Of a stretch of DNA of 64,000 nucleotides, positions 1-9,900 are shown piece by piece (within the stretch, counting starts at the first letter, position 1; each line of letters starts with the position of its first letter). The stretch is from Chthoniobacterales bacterium. Lineage in GTDB: Bacteria; Verrucomicrobiota; Verrucomicrobiia; Chthoniobacterales; UBA6821. The stretch is from the NCBI GenBank assembly GCA_036824855.1, contig DAISZK010000005.1:2775-66774 (forward strand), written 5' to 3'. A program made the translations under genes and the position numbers. The notes beneath the pieces are model-generated. The model had not been told where the DNA came from. It did no database searches and saw only the letters and a program-made list of their open reading frames with translations.

Positions 1-3000
1 CTTATGTTAAGAGCAATGCAACGACAACGCTTAAACTCGACTTCAGTACCCTGACCGGCAATCAAAAATTCACGAAAGTTAGTTATCTTGGAAGTGGCCC
101 TGCTCAACTCACCGGAGACTCTGTGGGAGGCTCCACCATCAGTGCTGCTTCCAGCACGGGAGCAACATTGGGCGACGGCGGAGGTAGTGCCGACACATTC
201 ATTGGATCGACCAACTATTCAAATTTTCTCATCAGTCACTCTGTCACTGCAAATACCATCCAAGGAGGCGGCTCCGTGGATACATTGGCCATTAGTTCCG
301 GAAGACAATCCATCTCGGATGCAAACTTTAGCAGGGTATCCAGTGTCGAACTCCTCTCCCTCTCGGGTGGCGGTAACACCATCTCCCTAGGAACTGTCGC
401 TGCAACCACTGGAATCTCCTCGCTGATCGGTGGAGCGGGTTCTTCGACAATCAATGCCTCACTCTATTCCGGCGCCAAGAGTTCCACTGGTCTCTACTTC
501 GATGCGAGTGCCGATACTGCGTCGCCACTGCTCTACACGGGTAGCAACTTTGGGGACCTGGTGAAGGTCTCAACCCCGGCTGTACTGAATGCCAGCACCC
601 TGACGGGAGGAAGAGGCATTGACACCATCATGTTGGCCGCTTCGGATTCCACGCTTACAGGATTCGGTGGCACCAAGAATGGATTTGAAGTGCTCGCTTT
701 TTCTGGTCAGAACAACCTTCTTTCCGGGATTGGGTCCTCTGGGTTGCTAAGCATCTACGGAGGTTTGGGAGGGCATGATACCATTGATGTCTCCACGGCC
801 ACGAAGGGTATCGTTGTCAACGACTCAGTCTCAGCTAACGGCGATACACTTATCGCCTCCACGATATCAGGCGCATCCAGTACCCTTGTGGGGTCTTCCA
901 CAGGGGGAAACCTTTTCCAGCTCGGCTCCACCAACCAAGCAAGCTTGGTGGGAGGTACTGGTATCGACACCCTGAAGACCAATGCCACCACCCTTGGAGC
1001 GGGTTCCTTCAACAACGACTCCAGCATCGAAGTACTTCAGCTTGGGGCTGCCGCGAATGTGATTCTTGATACGATCGCCAAGAAGGCTGGAATCGCCACC
1101 ATTATCGGAGGTATCGGGAATGACACCATTAATGCTTCCACCTTCAACTCCGATAGCCTGTCAGGCTCACCTACCCGAGGTCTCTTTCTTGATCTTACCC
1201 ATAACACAGTTGCCGGTGCCAATGGTTCTTCCTACACCACAAGCGGAGGCAATGACCTGATCCGCATCAAGGACTTCTCTATTTTCAATGGCTCAGGTTC
1301 GGCCGTGACTAAGATCAATGGCGTGGGCGGCACCGACACAATCCAAGTGGCTTCTTCCAGTGTATCGATCGGAGCTGTGCAGGCAGCCAAAATTTCTAAC
1401 ATTGAGGTGCTTTCCCTCTCCGGAGGAAGCAACAGCGTAGTGAACCTTGCCTCTTCAGGGATCTCCAGCATCTACGGCGGAACCGGGGGCAAGGATACTG
1501 TTGACACGGGAGCTTCCACACTCTCTCTGTACTTTAATGGCTCTCAGGGAACTCTTGGAGACTTATTCCAGGTCAACGGAGCTGCGAAACTCGGAAGGAG
1601 CAGCCTGATTGGAAGTTCAGGCACAGACACCCTTTCATTGACTGGGGTATCGTTCGCCTTTCAAGACAGCCTGTTCGCGAACCTCTCTGGGATCGAAGTT
1701 TTGTCTCTCAATGGCTCCAATAACACGATCACTGCAGGAAGCTACGCCTCTGCTGCAAATCTCAGCACATTCATCCTTAATCAAACACCGAACACTTTGG
1801 ACGCATCCGCTTTTGTCAAGGGAGTCACCTTTGTCGACTCCCTGGGAAGCGGTGCAGACTCCCTGGGAAGCGGTGCAGACTCCCTGCTGGGCGGTTCTGG
1901 AAACGACCTCTTTGTGCTCAAGGGTGGGGCCAACAACATTGGCAACGCCACCCTGAATGGTACGGCTGGAATCGACACTCTCTCCCTGACCTCTTCCTCC
2001 ACCCTTTCTGGCTCAGGAAGGATTTCCAATATCAGCGTCCTCTCCCTCACCGGTGGTCACGATAACATTAGTAATCTCGATCAGACTGGCATTTTGTCAC
2101 TTGTGGGAACCGTGGGAGCAGACACGATCTCGGCAGTCAATGCGACCAAGGCGATTTTAATCAATGAATCGGCAGCCATTGCGGGTAACCTTTACTCCTT
2201 CTCGGACAGCACCATCCTTGGAAACAGCACAATCAAGGGAAACGGTCTTTCCGGTGCCCAAGGCGACACTCTCCAGCTCACTGGCGGAGGACTTAATATC
2301 AGTGACGCAGCCCTCAAAAACGACTCCCTCATTCGTTCACTCTATGTCACCGGAGCCAACAACAAGATCGTTCTCAATAACACTGCAAACGACTATGCCT
2401 ACACTGCGGGTATCAGGAATGTGATCCTGGATGGTTCTACGAACGGGCTTAATGGAAACAACATCACCGACGACTATGGTATTAATTTCCTCAACCCAGA
2501 CACACTCACTTTTAATGGTTCGACAACTCTGAATGCAGGCCAAAACGGCAGCGCCGTTGGATTCAATACTATTGTCCTGACAGCTGGTCATAACAAAGTT
2601 CAGAACCTCTCCAACATCCTTGGCAATAGTGGTTTCGTCTACTACCAGAGTCCCACACTGGTTGGGAGCTCTCAGGGATATGACACGCTCGATATCACCG
2701 GAGCATCGAATACAAACTTTTTTAACGGTGGCATCTATGTCGATGGGTCTAAGGCAACCCATGGGGATACACTAAGCGATTTTAATCCATCACCAGCATT
2801 TATTTATTATCAAGGCAACAGCTTGGTTGGTGGCAAAGCGGGGGGAAATCTCTTTGAAGTCGGCAGTCAAGATGAGCTAGCTTACGACCTCTATCTCAAG
2901 GGAGCGGGCAGCGATACATTGGCCCTCTACGATAATAAACTATGGCTTACAGCCGAGGATGGAAATTACTTCACCAACTTTAGAAATGTTTCGGGGATTA

Positions 3001-6000
3001 AGACCCTTGAATTAAGCTCATCATTAACAGGGAATTACGATCTCGCCTCAAGAGACATGAATGGGGCTGGCTTCACATCGGTCGTCGGTTCTCAGTCTAC
3101 TGCTCCAGGGGCAACCTTGGGAGGAGACGAGTTTTACATCCACAGCGCGCTTTATCTCAATGCGTCGAGGGCCACATTGGGTGACAATTTTGGGATCAAC
3201 TCAGCCTATCTTTATAAAGGATATTATTCATCTATTGGTGGAAATTCGGAAACTGTCTTCAAAAATACTACCCTGATAGCAGGATCCGGCACCGACACCC
3301 TCACCTACATTGGCAACTCACTCGCATCGGGTGATTTTGTAAATAAAAGTGGAATTGAGGTTCTCTCGCTAACTGCTGGACGTGGCACCTACAACATCGG
3401 GACAGATGCACTGAATGCTGGAATATCGACAATTGTTGCCGCCACTTCAGATGAGACAATTAATGGTGCAACTGCTACTAAGAGTCTTACCTTCATTGAC
3501 GACGCAGGTTTCAATTTCTTGGGTGGATCATCCCTAGGTGATCTTTTTCAAATCGGGAATGATCAAAACACGAACACTGCTTTTACTGGCGGCACCACGG
3601 TTTCCGGTGGACTTGCGATCGATACCCTTGATTTTACCTCCAACCACAATATCGACGATTTTGCTCTTCGCTACACTACTGGTGTTGAAATTATCTCCTT
3701 GGAGGGTGGAACCAATACCGTACAACTTGGCCAAAACGCCTATACTGCGGGAATACAAACCATCTATGGGGGTTCAATCTCCAATACCCTCGATGCCTCA
3801 AATCTCCCCTTTGGGATAGTAACGCTGGATGGTAGTAGCGCCAGTCAGGGTGACAGTCTGGTAGGTGCCTCCAGTTACTCGGCAAATGCCATTCTCATTG
3901 GTGAAACTCTCTCTTCGGGAACAGGAACAAACTATTTCCTCCTACCTAACTCAAATTTCCTGTCTCATAATACTCTCGTTGGAGGCGCTAGCGAGACCAA
4001 TATTCTTCAAATTTCTGGATATGCCCAAACGATCGGTGATTCGATTTTCAAGAAGGATCCCAACAACCCGAACTTTGTCGGCATCTATTCGAATCTGAAT
4101 AAGCTCTCTCTTGCTGGAGGTAAAGATATCGTAGTCCTTGGATCTAACTTTGATACTTGGAATTCTGCCAATTTCGCAACACAGCCATTTACCCTCTCGG
4201 CAGCTCATTATTACAGCAACACTGAGGACACTCTCGATGTTAGCGGAACAACTTCCAGCATTGTTCTTGACGGCAGTACTAATGCAGCATGCAGCTTACT
4301 TGGTAGTAGCATAGGTGGATACAACACACTCATAGGTGCTCAGTCGGGTGGGAATACCTTTGTTCTTCAGGATAGTTTAGCCCTTACTCGGGACTCCCTC
4401 TTCGGCGGAACAAATAACAACGATACCCTTGCTTTTACCTCGAGCATTTCAAGCACTGCCGGATCATTCGTCAACGCTCGAAATATTTCCGAACTGGAAT
4501 TCAGATCGGCAGGAAACAACGTGGTCTTGGGTAGTGATGCCCTCTCGGCTGGTATCACCACTCTGATTGGGGGACTCTATGGGGATACTGGAGGCGATAC
4601 CTTTGACGCACATTCCTACGGCCCAACAAGCCTGGGGGGCAATGGCAGTGGCAAATCCATCCTGCTAGAGATCACTGATAAGAATTACCTTGATCACCTC
4701 ACCTTTACGGGAACCGGTTATGCAGACACCCTGCGCTACTCAGCCTCTGGTGTTTCCGTTACTGATGCAGATCTAAATGGAATCTCGCAACTTGCCGTTC
4801 TGCAGGCATCGGCCGGGTCTAATCATTTCCTCATCAGCAATCTCTTTGAAGATACCCTATCGGGAGCAGGCATCAAGACCCTGATCGGAGGCGGCGGTCA
4901 GGATACGGTCGATCTCACCTCGCCCGACTACACTGCTCCCAATAACGGAATGACCTACAGCCTAGCTGGTGGTTACACCTTCCAGAGCATCATCAACAAT
5001 ATGTCTGATGCAACCATCATCGGTAGCTCGGGAGCAAATTCACTTGATCTTGCTGACTCCGGTGTAATCAACGATTCCTCGTTCGTAGGAATGAAGAACG
5101 CCAATATTACGGCATTGAACCTCTCTTCGAGTGCCTCCAATACTGCTACCCTTGGCGTGAACGCAAGCACGGCATTCTCTCCCGCTGGGGCAAATATCGT
5201 GATGGGTAATCAGGGTGATTCCCTCGACGTAACTACCTTCACCGGAGTAGATACCTTCACAGGCGGGAATGGAAATGACTTGATCGTGACCTCTCTCTCT
5301 GAGTTTTCAAAGTTCAACTTCCAAGGCGGCACTGGCCAAGACACAGTACAGATCGCAGGTAGTGCAGCAGCATCGATCGTCGATTCCGGACTGAATGGAA
5401 ATTTTGATGCCTTAGTACTTGGAAGCGGTGCACAGGGTAGCGGCGGAAACTATGTTCATTTCACAAAGTCAGATTCAGCTGGCTTAACCTCTATCTATGG
5501 AGGGCATGGAGCAGGAGCTGACACGATCAATGTGGAGGGATTCGGTCCCACACAGGGAGTCGACATGATTATTGATTATTACAAGCCCGGAACTGATCCC
5601 AATTACTTACACTTCGACTCTCTGACGGGAGGATCTGGAATCGACACCCTTCAGATTGGTGATCAACCCCTCACCTTAGAGAGCGGAATCTTTGACAATT
5701 CCTTCTTACAGTTTCATTCCATCGAGGCTCTTGCATTGAGTAGTTCGGGTGGCAACAATTTGATAATAGGAACTTATGCCGCAGCCGAGGGAGTCTCCAC
5801 AGTCTATGGCTCTACCTTCGACGGAAACACCGGAGGTAACGATAACATCTATGCTGCAGCGTTCGGCAAAGCCATCGATATCGCTATTGCGGACACGCTC
5901 ACCTTGAGCACAGACAGCATTGTTGGATCTGGTTACAACGACACTCTCACATTCACTTCCAGTGGACAGATTATCTCGGATGATATTTTCTCCTCTGTTT

Positions 6001-6854
6001 CGACAAAGGCCTTGGCTCTCTCCGGAAGCCAGAATCAAGTGACCCTCGATTCAGCTGCCTATGCTGCTGGAATCTCCTCTGTCTATGGTGGAGCTGGTGG
6101 CGGAGATACCATTACTCAAGATTCACTCTACGGAAATAATTCTCTCTTCATTAATGAAAGCAGTAATTCAAATTTGATAGAAATTGCTTCTGTCTCTCAA
6201 CTTGCCTCTGATTTCATTACCTATGGAGGAACGACTGGGAACAATACTCTCTCCATCACAACACCAGCAGCCATTACCGACTTGAACTTCTCTGGTATAC
6301 AATCCGGTGCTATCCAAACACTTCAGCTTGCAGATGGATCTGGAACGAATGTTCTTGGAAACACGCTCAATAGTGTCCTGCTTGGGGCGACAGCAAATAA
6401 AATCAATCTTTCCGATGTTATCGGAGGCACCGGCAATGATTATCTAAGCGCTAAGTCCTTCAATGGAAGTGCTACACTTGATGGTGGTGGAACAGGATAT
6501 GACACGCTAGTCAGCTCGGATAAAACCTCCACATATTTCGTTCTAGCGAACACGGATTCTTTTGGAACACCTGGAAGTTACTACGCTCCTGGACAAGGAT
6601 ACGTAACAATTCAGAATGCAGCTTTGAGTGCAGGAGGTGAGGATCATCTAATACTTAACAGAGCTGATAACTCTAACAATTACTACAGTTTGGGAAATGG
6701 TGCTGATAACACACGATCAAACTATCACTTTGGGCTTTACGATAATAATCATCTGATTGCAGATATTACTTTAGATACCTACTATGGAGCTATTCCGGTT
6801 ACTGCAACTTTTTCTGATATCAATCCTTTTGTCCGTTATGTGCAGGGATCGTAG
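1..6854 (+). CDS. Giant secreted acidic repeat protein, RTX/beta-roll-like (5' end outside window)
   Basis: Track ORF 123..6854 stays open in the same frame back to nt 3 (YVKSNATTTLKLDFSTLTGNQKF..., no stop), so the gene is truncated by the window edge. It consists of degenerate ~95-115 aa modules: GGxGxDT(L/I)...F..(V/I)S.IE.LSLSGG.N.V.LG..A..AGI..IYGG.G.DT.DAS. Composition is S/G/T/N/L/A/D-rich with few K/R/E/C/W. The last ~130 aa are non-repeat and Tyr/Asn-rich. Confidence 0.85.
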   Translation, partial: YVKSNATTTLKLDFSTLTGNQKFTKVSYLGSGPAQLTGDSVGGSTISAASSTGATLGDGGGSADTFIGSTNYSNFLISHSVTANTIQGGGSVDTLAISSGRQSISDANFSRVSSVELLSLSGGGNTISLGTVAATTGISSLIGGAGSSTINASLYSGAKSSTGLYFDASADTASPLLYTGSNFGDLVKVSTPAVLNASTLTGGRGIDTIMLAASDSTLTGFGGTKNGFEVLAFSGQNNLLSGIGSSGLLSIYGGLGGHDTIDVSTATKGIVVNDSVSANGDTLIASTISGASSTLVGSSTGGNLFQLGSTNQASLVGGTGIDTLKTNATTLGAGSFNNDSSIEVLQLGAAANVILDTIAKKAGIATIIGGIGNDTINASTFNSDSLSGSPTRGLFLDLTHNTVAGANGSSYTTSGGNDLIRIKDFSIFNGSGSAVTKINGVGGTDTIQVASSSVSIGAVQAAKISNIEVLSLSGGSNSVVNLASSGISSIYGGTGGKDTVDTGASTLSLYFNGSQGTLGDLFQVNGAAKLGRSSLIGSSGTDTLSLTGVSFAFQDSLFANLSGIEVLSLNGSNNTITAGSYASAANLSTFILNQTPNTLDASAFVKGVTFVDSLGSGADSLGSGADSLLGGSGNDLFVLKGGANNIGNATLNGTAGIDTLSLTSSSTLSGSGRISNISVLSLTGGHDNISNLDQTGILSLVGTVGADTISAVNATKAILINESAAIAGNLYSFSDSTILGNSTIKGNGLSGAQGDTLQLTGGGLNISDAALKNDSLIRSLYVTGANNKIVLNNTANDYAYTAGIRNVILDGSTNGLNGNNITDDYGINFLNPDTLTFNGSTTLNAGQNGSAVGFNTIVLTAGHNKVQNLSNILGNSGFVYYQSPTLVGSSQGYDTLDITGASNTNFFNGGIYVDGSKATHGDTLSDFNPSPAFIYYQGNSLVGGKAGGNLFEVGSQDELAYDLYLKGAGSDTLALYDNKLWLTAEDGNYFTNFRNVSGIKTLELSSSLTGNYDLASRDMNGAGFTSVVGSQSTAPGATLGGDEFYIHSALYLNASRATLGDNFGINSAYLYKGYYSSIGGNSETVFKNTTLIAGSGTDTLTYIGNSLASGDFVNKSGIEVLSLTAGRGTYNIGTDALNAGISTIVAATSDETINGATATKSLTFIDDAGFNFLGGSSLGDLFQIGNDQNTNTAFTGGTTVSGGLAIDTLDFTSNHNIDDFALRYTTGVEIISLEGGTNTVQLGQNAYTAGIQTIYGGSISNTLDASNLPFGIVTLDGSSASQGDSLVGASSYSANAILIGETLSSGTGTNYFLLPNSNFLSHNTLVGGASETNILQISGYAQTIGDSIFKKDPNNPNFVGIYSNLNKLSLAGGKDIVVLGSNFDTWNSANFATQPFTLSAAHYYSNTEDTLDVSGTTSSIVLDGSTNAACSLLGSSIGGYNTLIGAQSGGNTFVLQDSLALTRDSLFGGTNNNDTLAFTSSISSTAGSFVNARNISELEFRSAGNNVVLGSDALSAGITTLIGGLYGDTGGDTFDAHSYGPTSLGGNGSGKSILLEITDKNYLDHLTFTGTGYADTLRYSASGVSVTDADLNGISQLAVLQASAGSNHFLISNLFEDTLSGAGIKTLIGGGGQDTVDLTSPDYTAPNNGMTYSLAGGYTFQSIINNMSDATIIGSSGANSLDLADSGVINDSSFVGMKNANITALNLSSSASNTATLGVNASTAFSPAGANIVMGNQGDSLDVTTFTGVDTFTGGNGNDLIVTSLSEFSKFNFQGGTGQDTVQIAGSAAASIVDSGLNGNFDALVLGSGAQGSGGNYVHFTKSDSAGLTSIYGGHGAGADTINVEGFGPTQGVDMIIDYYKPGTDPNYLHFDSLTGGSGIDTLQIGDQPLTLESGIFDNSFLQFHSIEALALSSSGGNNLIIGTYAAAEGVSTVYGSTFDGNTGGNDNIYAAAFGKAIDIAIADTLTLSTDSIVGSGYNDTLTFTSSGQIISDDIFSSVSTKALALSGSQNQVTLDSAAYAAGISSVYGGAGGGDTITQDSLYGNNSLFINESSNSNLIEIASVSQLASDFITYGGTTGNNTLSITTPAAITDLNFSGIQSGAIQTLQLADGSGTNVLGNTLNSVLLGATANKINLSDVIGGTGNDYLSAKSFNGSATLDGGGTGYDTLVSSDKTSTYFVLANTDSFGTPGSYYAPGQGYVTIQNAALSAGGEDHLILNRADNSNNYYSLGNGADNTRSNYHFGLYDNNHLIADITLDTYYGAIPVTATFSDINPFVRYVQGS
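1836..1886 (+). repeat. Perfect in-frame 21-bp tandem repeat (2.4 copies) inside giant gene 1
   Basis: The unit gactccctgggaagcggtgca occurs at 1836-1856 and 1857-1877, followed by gactccctg. It encodes DSLGSGA-DSLGSGA-DSL. Confidence 0.9.
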
Positions 6855-6926
6855 GCCTATTAATTAAAAATTAGCCGCAAAATATTAATATCCCTCCCAG
6901 TATTATACTTACATTTCTTAAAGTTA
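6855..6926 (+). promoter_or_regulatory. AT-rich spacer between the giant genes with two AT palindromes and a -10-like TATTAT
   Basis: The spacer contains TTAATTAA (6860-6867), ATATTAATAT (6882-6891) and TATTAT (6901-6906), the last about 20 nt before the ATG at 6927. The promoter/operator role is inferred only. Confidence 0.3.
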
Positions 6927-9900
6927 ATGAGCACCACTACAACCCTCTCGGGATCCAATTCCACACTCACTGGCTTTTCTCCCGGGGACACGATCATCGC
7001 CACGGGATCATCAGCAACGCTCTCAGGACTTGGGAGCAACAGTCTTGTAGCCGCAGGCAATGGAGACTTCCTTGCCGCGGGAACTGGTGGCAATACCCTC
7101 AGAGGGAACTCTCTCACCTCTGCCACGAGTATCCTACAAGGCAACGGCTCCTCGACGCTGCAATACGCTGGCGGGCTTAATACGATCCTTCTCAACAGCT
7201 CTGTTGCCGGTGGAGCTGGCTTGGACTACAAAACCGACTCGATCCAAGCTGCCACTCTCACAGGTGGTAAAATAGCAACCACTGGCGCTAGCGTTATCCG
7301 CACCACCCTCAATAAATTCGATCTCAGCAATACCCTGAACCATGGTGCGGGTGTACTCAATATTCGAAATCTCACGTACACAGGTACAGGCAATGCCACT
7401 CTGATTGGTAATACTCTCAGTGACTACATCCAGGGAGGAACGAGTAGCAATTCCCTTGTGGCGGGCATTGCAGGCGCCAGCACCCTGGATGCCCATATCA
7501 GCTCAGGAAACAACACTCTCGTAGGCAATGGCCATTCGTCTCTTCTGGGAGGAGTGGGTAACGACACATTCGTTATCAGTGCTGGAGATAAAATTAATCC
7601 GACGACAACCAAAGGCACGGATCTGGTTTCCCTCACAGGAAGTTCCTCGGCTTTCAATCTCTCGGACACGCTCAATGGAGCAGGCATCACGAATATCAAA
7701 AATTTGGTTTACGCCGGTACCGCATCTCAAGTCACTCTCACAGGTAATGCACTTAATAATTCTATCCGTGGGGCAGGAGGAGCATCGAATAACTACCTCT
7801 CCGGTGGAAGCGGCGGTAGTGATACTCTCAATGCCAGTGCCTCTTCAGGCAGCAATACCCTGCTAGGCAATTCACTCTCTGGCAGCAGCCTGATAGGAGG
7901 AACGGGTCATAACACCTTCATCACCAATCACGCCCTCGATACGCTTAGCGCTTCCAACTCCAGCACTAACACTGCTCTTTCGAATCTTGCGACGATCAAC
8001 TTCTCAACCCTCAAAGGGAGTCTGCATTTCGACAGCATTATTTACACTGGCAATGGGAATACTGACATCATCGGCAACTCTCTGGGCGGAACGACGCTCA
8101 ATGCCGGCAGTGCCCGCGCAGCAACAATCGGGGATGGAGGTGGCGGATATGACAACCTCATCGGATCTGCCCGTGGCACAAATCTTTTCCAGGTCTCTAA
8201 TCTCTCGACTGATACTGTTCTTGGTGGTTTGGGAATCAGCACCCTGCTCGTCACTAATCAAGGTGGCTATACCGACTCTCTCTTTGCCAACGATCACAAG
8301 ACTGGAGCTCTCCAACTTACTGGCAACTCTGCTGTTACCCTCGGCGGAAATGCATTAGCAGCCGGCATCTCTACTGTAATCGGTGGTACAGGAAGTGACA
8401 CCTTCATTTCCTCTTCCACGCTGAACGGTGGATTTACTAAGGGCCTTTTCGTCGATACGAGTGCGGATACGCTCAATGGCTTCTCTTACAAGGGAGGCAA
8501 TGGCTCCGATACGATCAAGGTGGCCAACTCAACAGTTCTTAATGCCAGCACCATTACCGGTGCTGCTGGAACCAACCTTCTGGAAATTGCCAGCGGTGCT
8601 GCCTCGGTAGTAGGATTAATTAATACCATCAATATTCAGGAGCTCTCACTTTCAGGAGGAAATAATAAAGTCAGTGGCATCGGCTCCTCTGGCCTCACCA
8701 CCATCCTTGGCGGAACAGGTGGTAACGACACCATCGATGCTTCAACAGCTACTGCCCCCGTTTACATCAATGAGTCTTCCACTACCCTTGGTGATAACCT
8801 CACTGCCTCCTCCACGGCTCTCTCCACCCTCATCGGCAGCTCCACAAGACCGAACACTTTCAATCAGGGTTCAACTCTAGCTGACGCCTTTACTGGCAGT
8901 TCGACTGGTAACGACACACTGAATCTCACGGTTGCCAGAAGCAACTATAGCGATTCTCTCTTCGCGAACGATTCCTTCATCGGTGCACTGCAACTTACCA
9001 GCAACTCCGCTGTCACCCTCGGTGGCAATGCGCTGACAGCCGGTATCTCCACAGTCATTGGTGGGGCCGGGAGTGATACCATTGTATCATCTGCCACTCT
9101 GAATGGTGGCTTCAATAAGGGCCTTTTCGTCGATACCAGTGCGAATACGCTCAATGGCTTCTCCTACACTGGAGGCAATGGCGCAGACACGATCAAGGTA
9201 GCCAACTCAACCGTTCTCAATGCCAGCACCATCACCGGTGCCTCTGGAACTAACCTGTTGGAAATTTCCACTGGGAATGCCTCCATCACTGGACTCGGAA
9301 ATCATGTTTCCAGCATTCAGGAACTCTCTCTCGCTGGGGGTAACAATAAAGTCAGCGGCATCGCTTCTTCAGGCATCACCACCATCCTTGGCGGAACAGG
9401 TGGTAACGACACCATCGATGCTTCGACGGCCACTTCCCCGGTGCACATCAATGAGTCCTCCACGACTCTCGGGGATAACCTGACTGTCGCTACAGTCGGA
9501 AGCAATACACTTATCGGAAGTAGATTAGGTGGTAATATTTTTAATCAAGGCAATGCGCGTTCCGAAACCCTGATAGGAGGCGCTGGTGTTGACACGTTAA
9601 GTTTAACAACAGCTGGAACCTACTCCGACGCGCTCCTCATAGCTGACAAAAGCATCGAGGTGCTGCAACTCACCAGCAACTCCTCCGTCACTCTTGGTGG
9701 CTATGCGGTGGCAACAGGCATTTCTACAGTGATCGGTGGGGCCGGTAGCGATACTATTGTATCATCAGCCACTCTGAATAGTGGCTTCAATAAGGGTCTT
9801 TTCGTCGACACAAGTGCGAATACACTCAATGGCTTCTCCTACACGGGAGGCAATGGCTCCGATACGATCAAGGTAGCCAACTCGACAGTTTTCAATGCCA

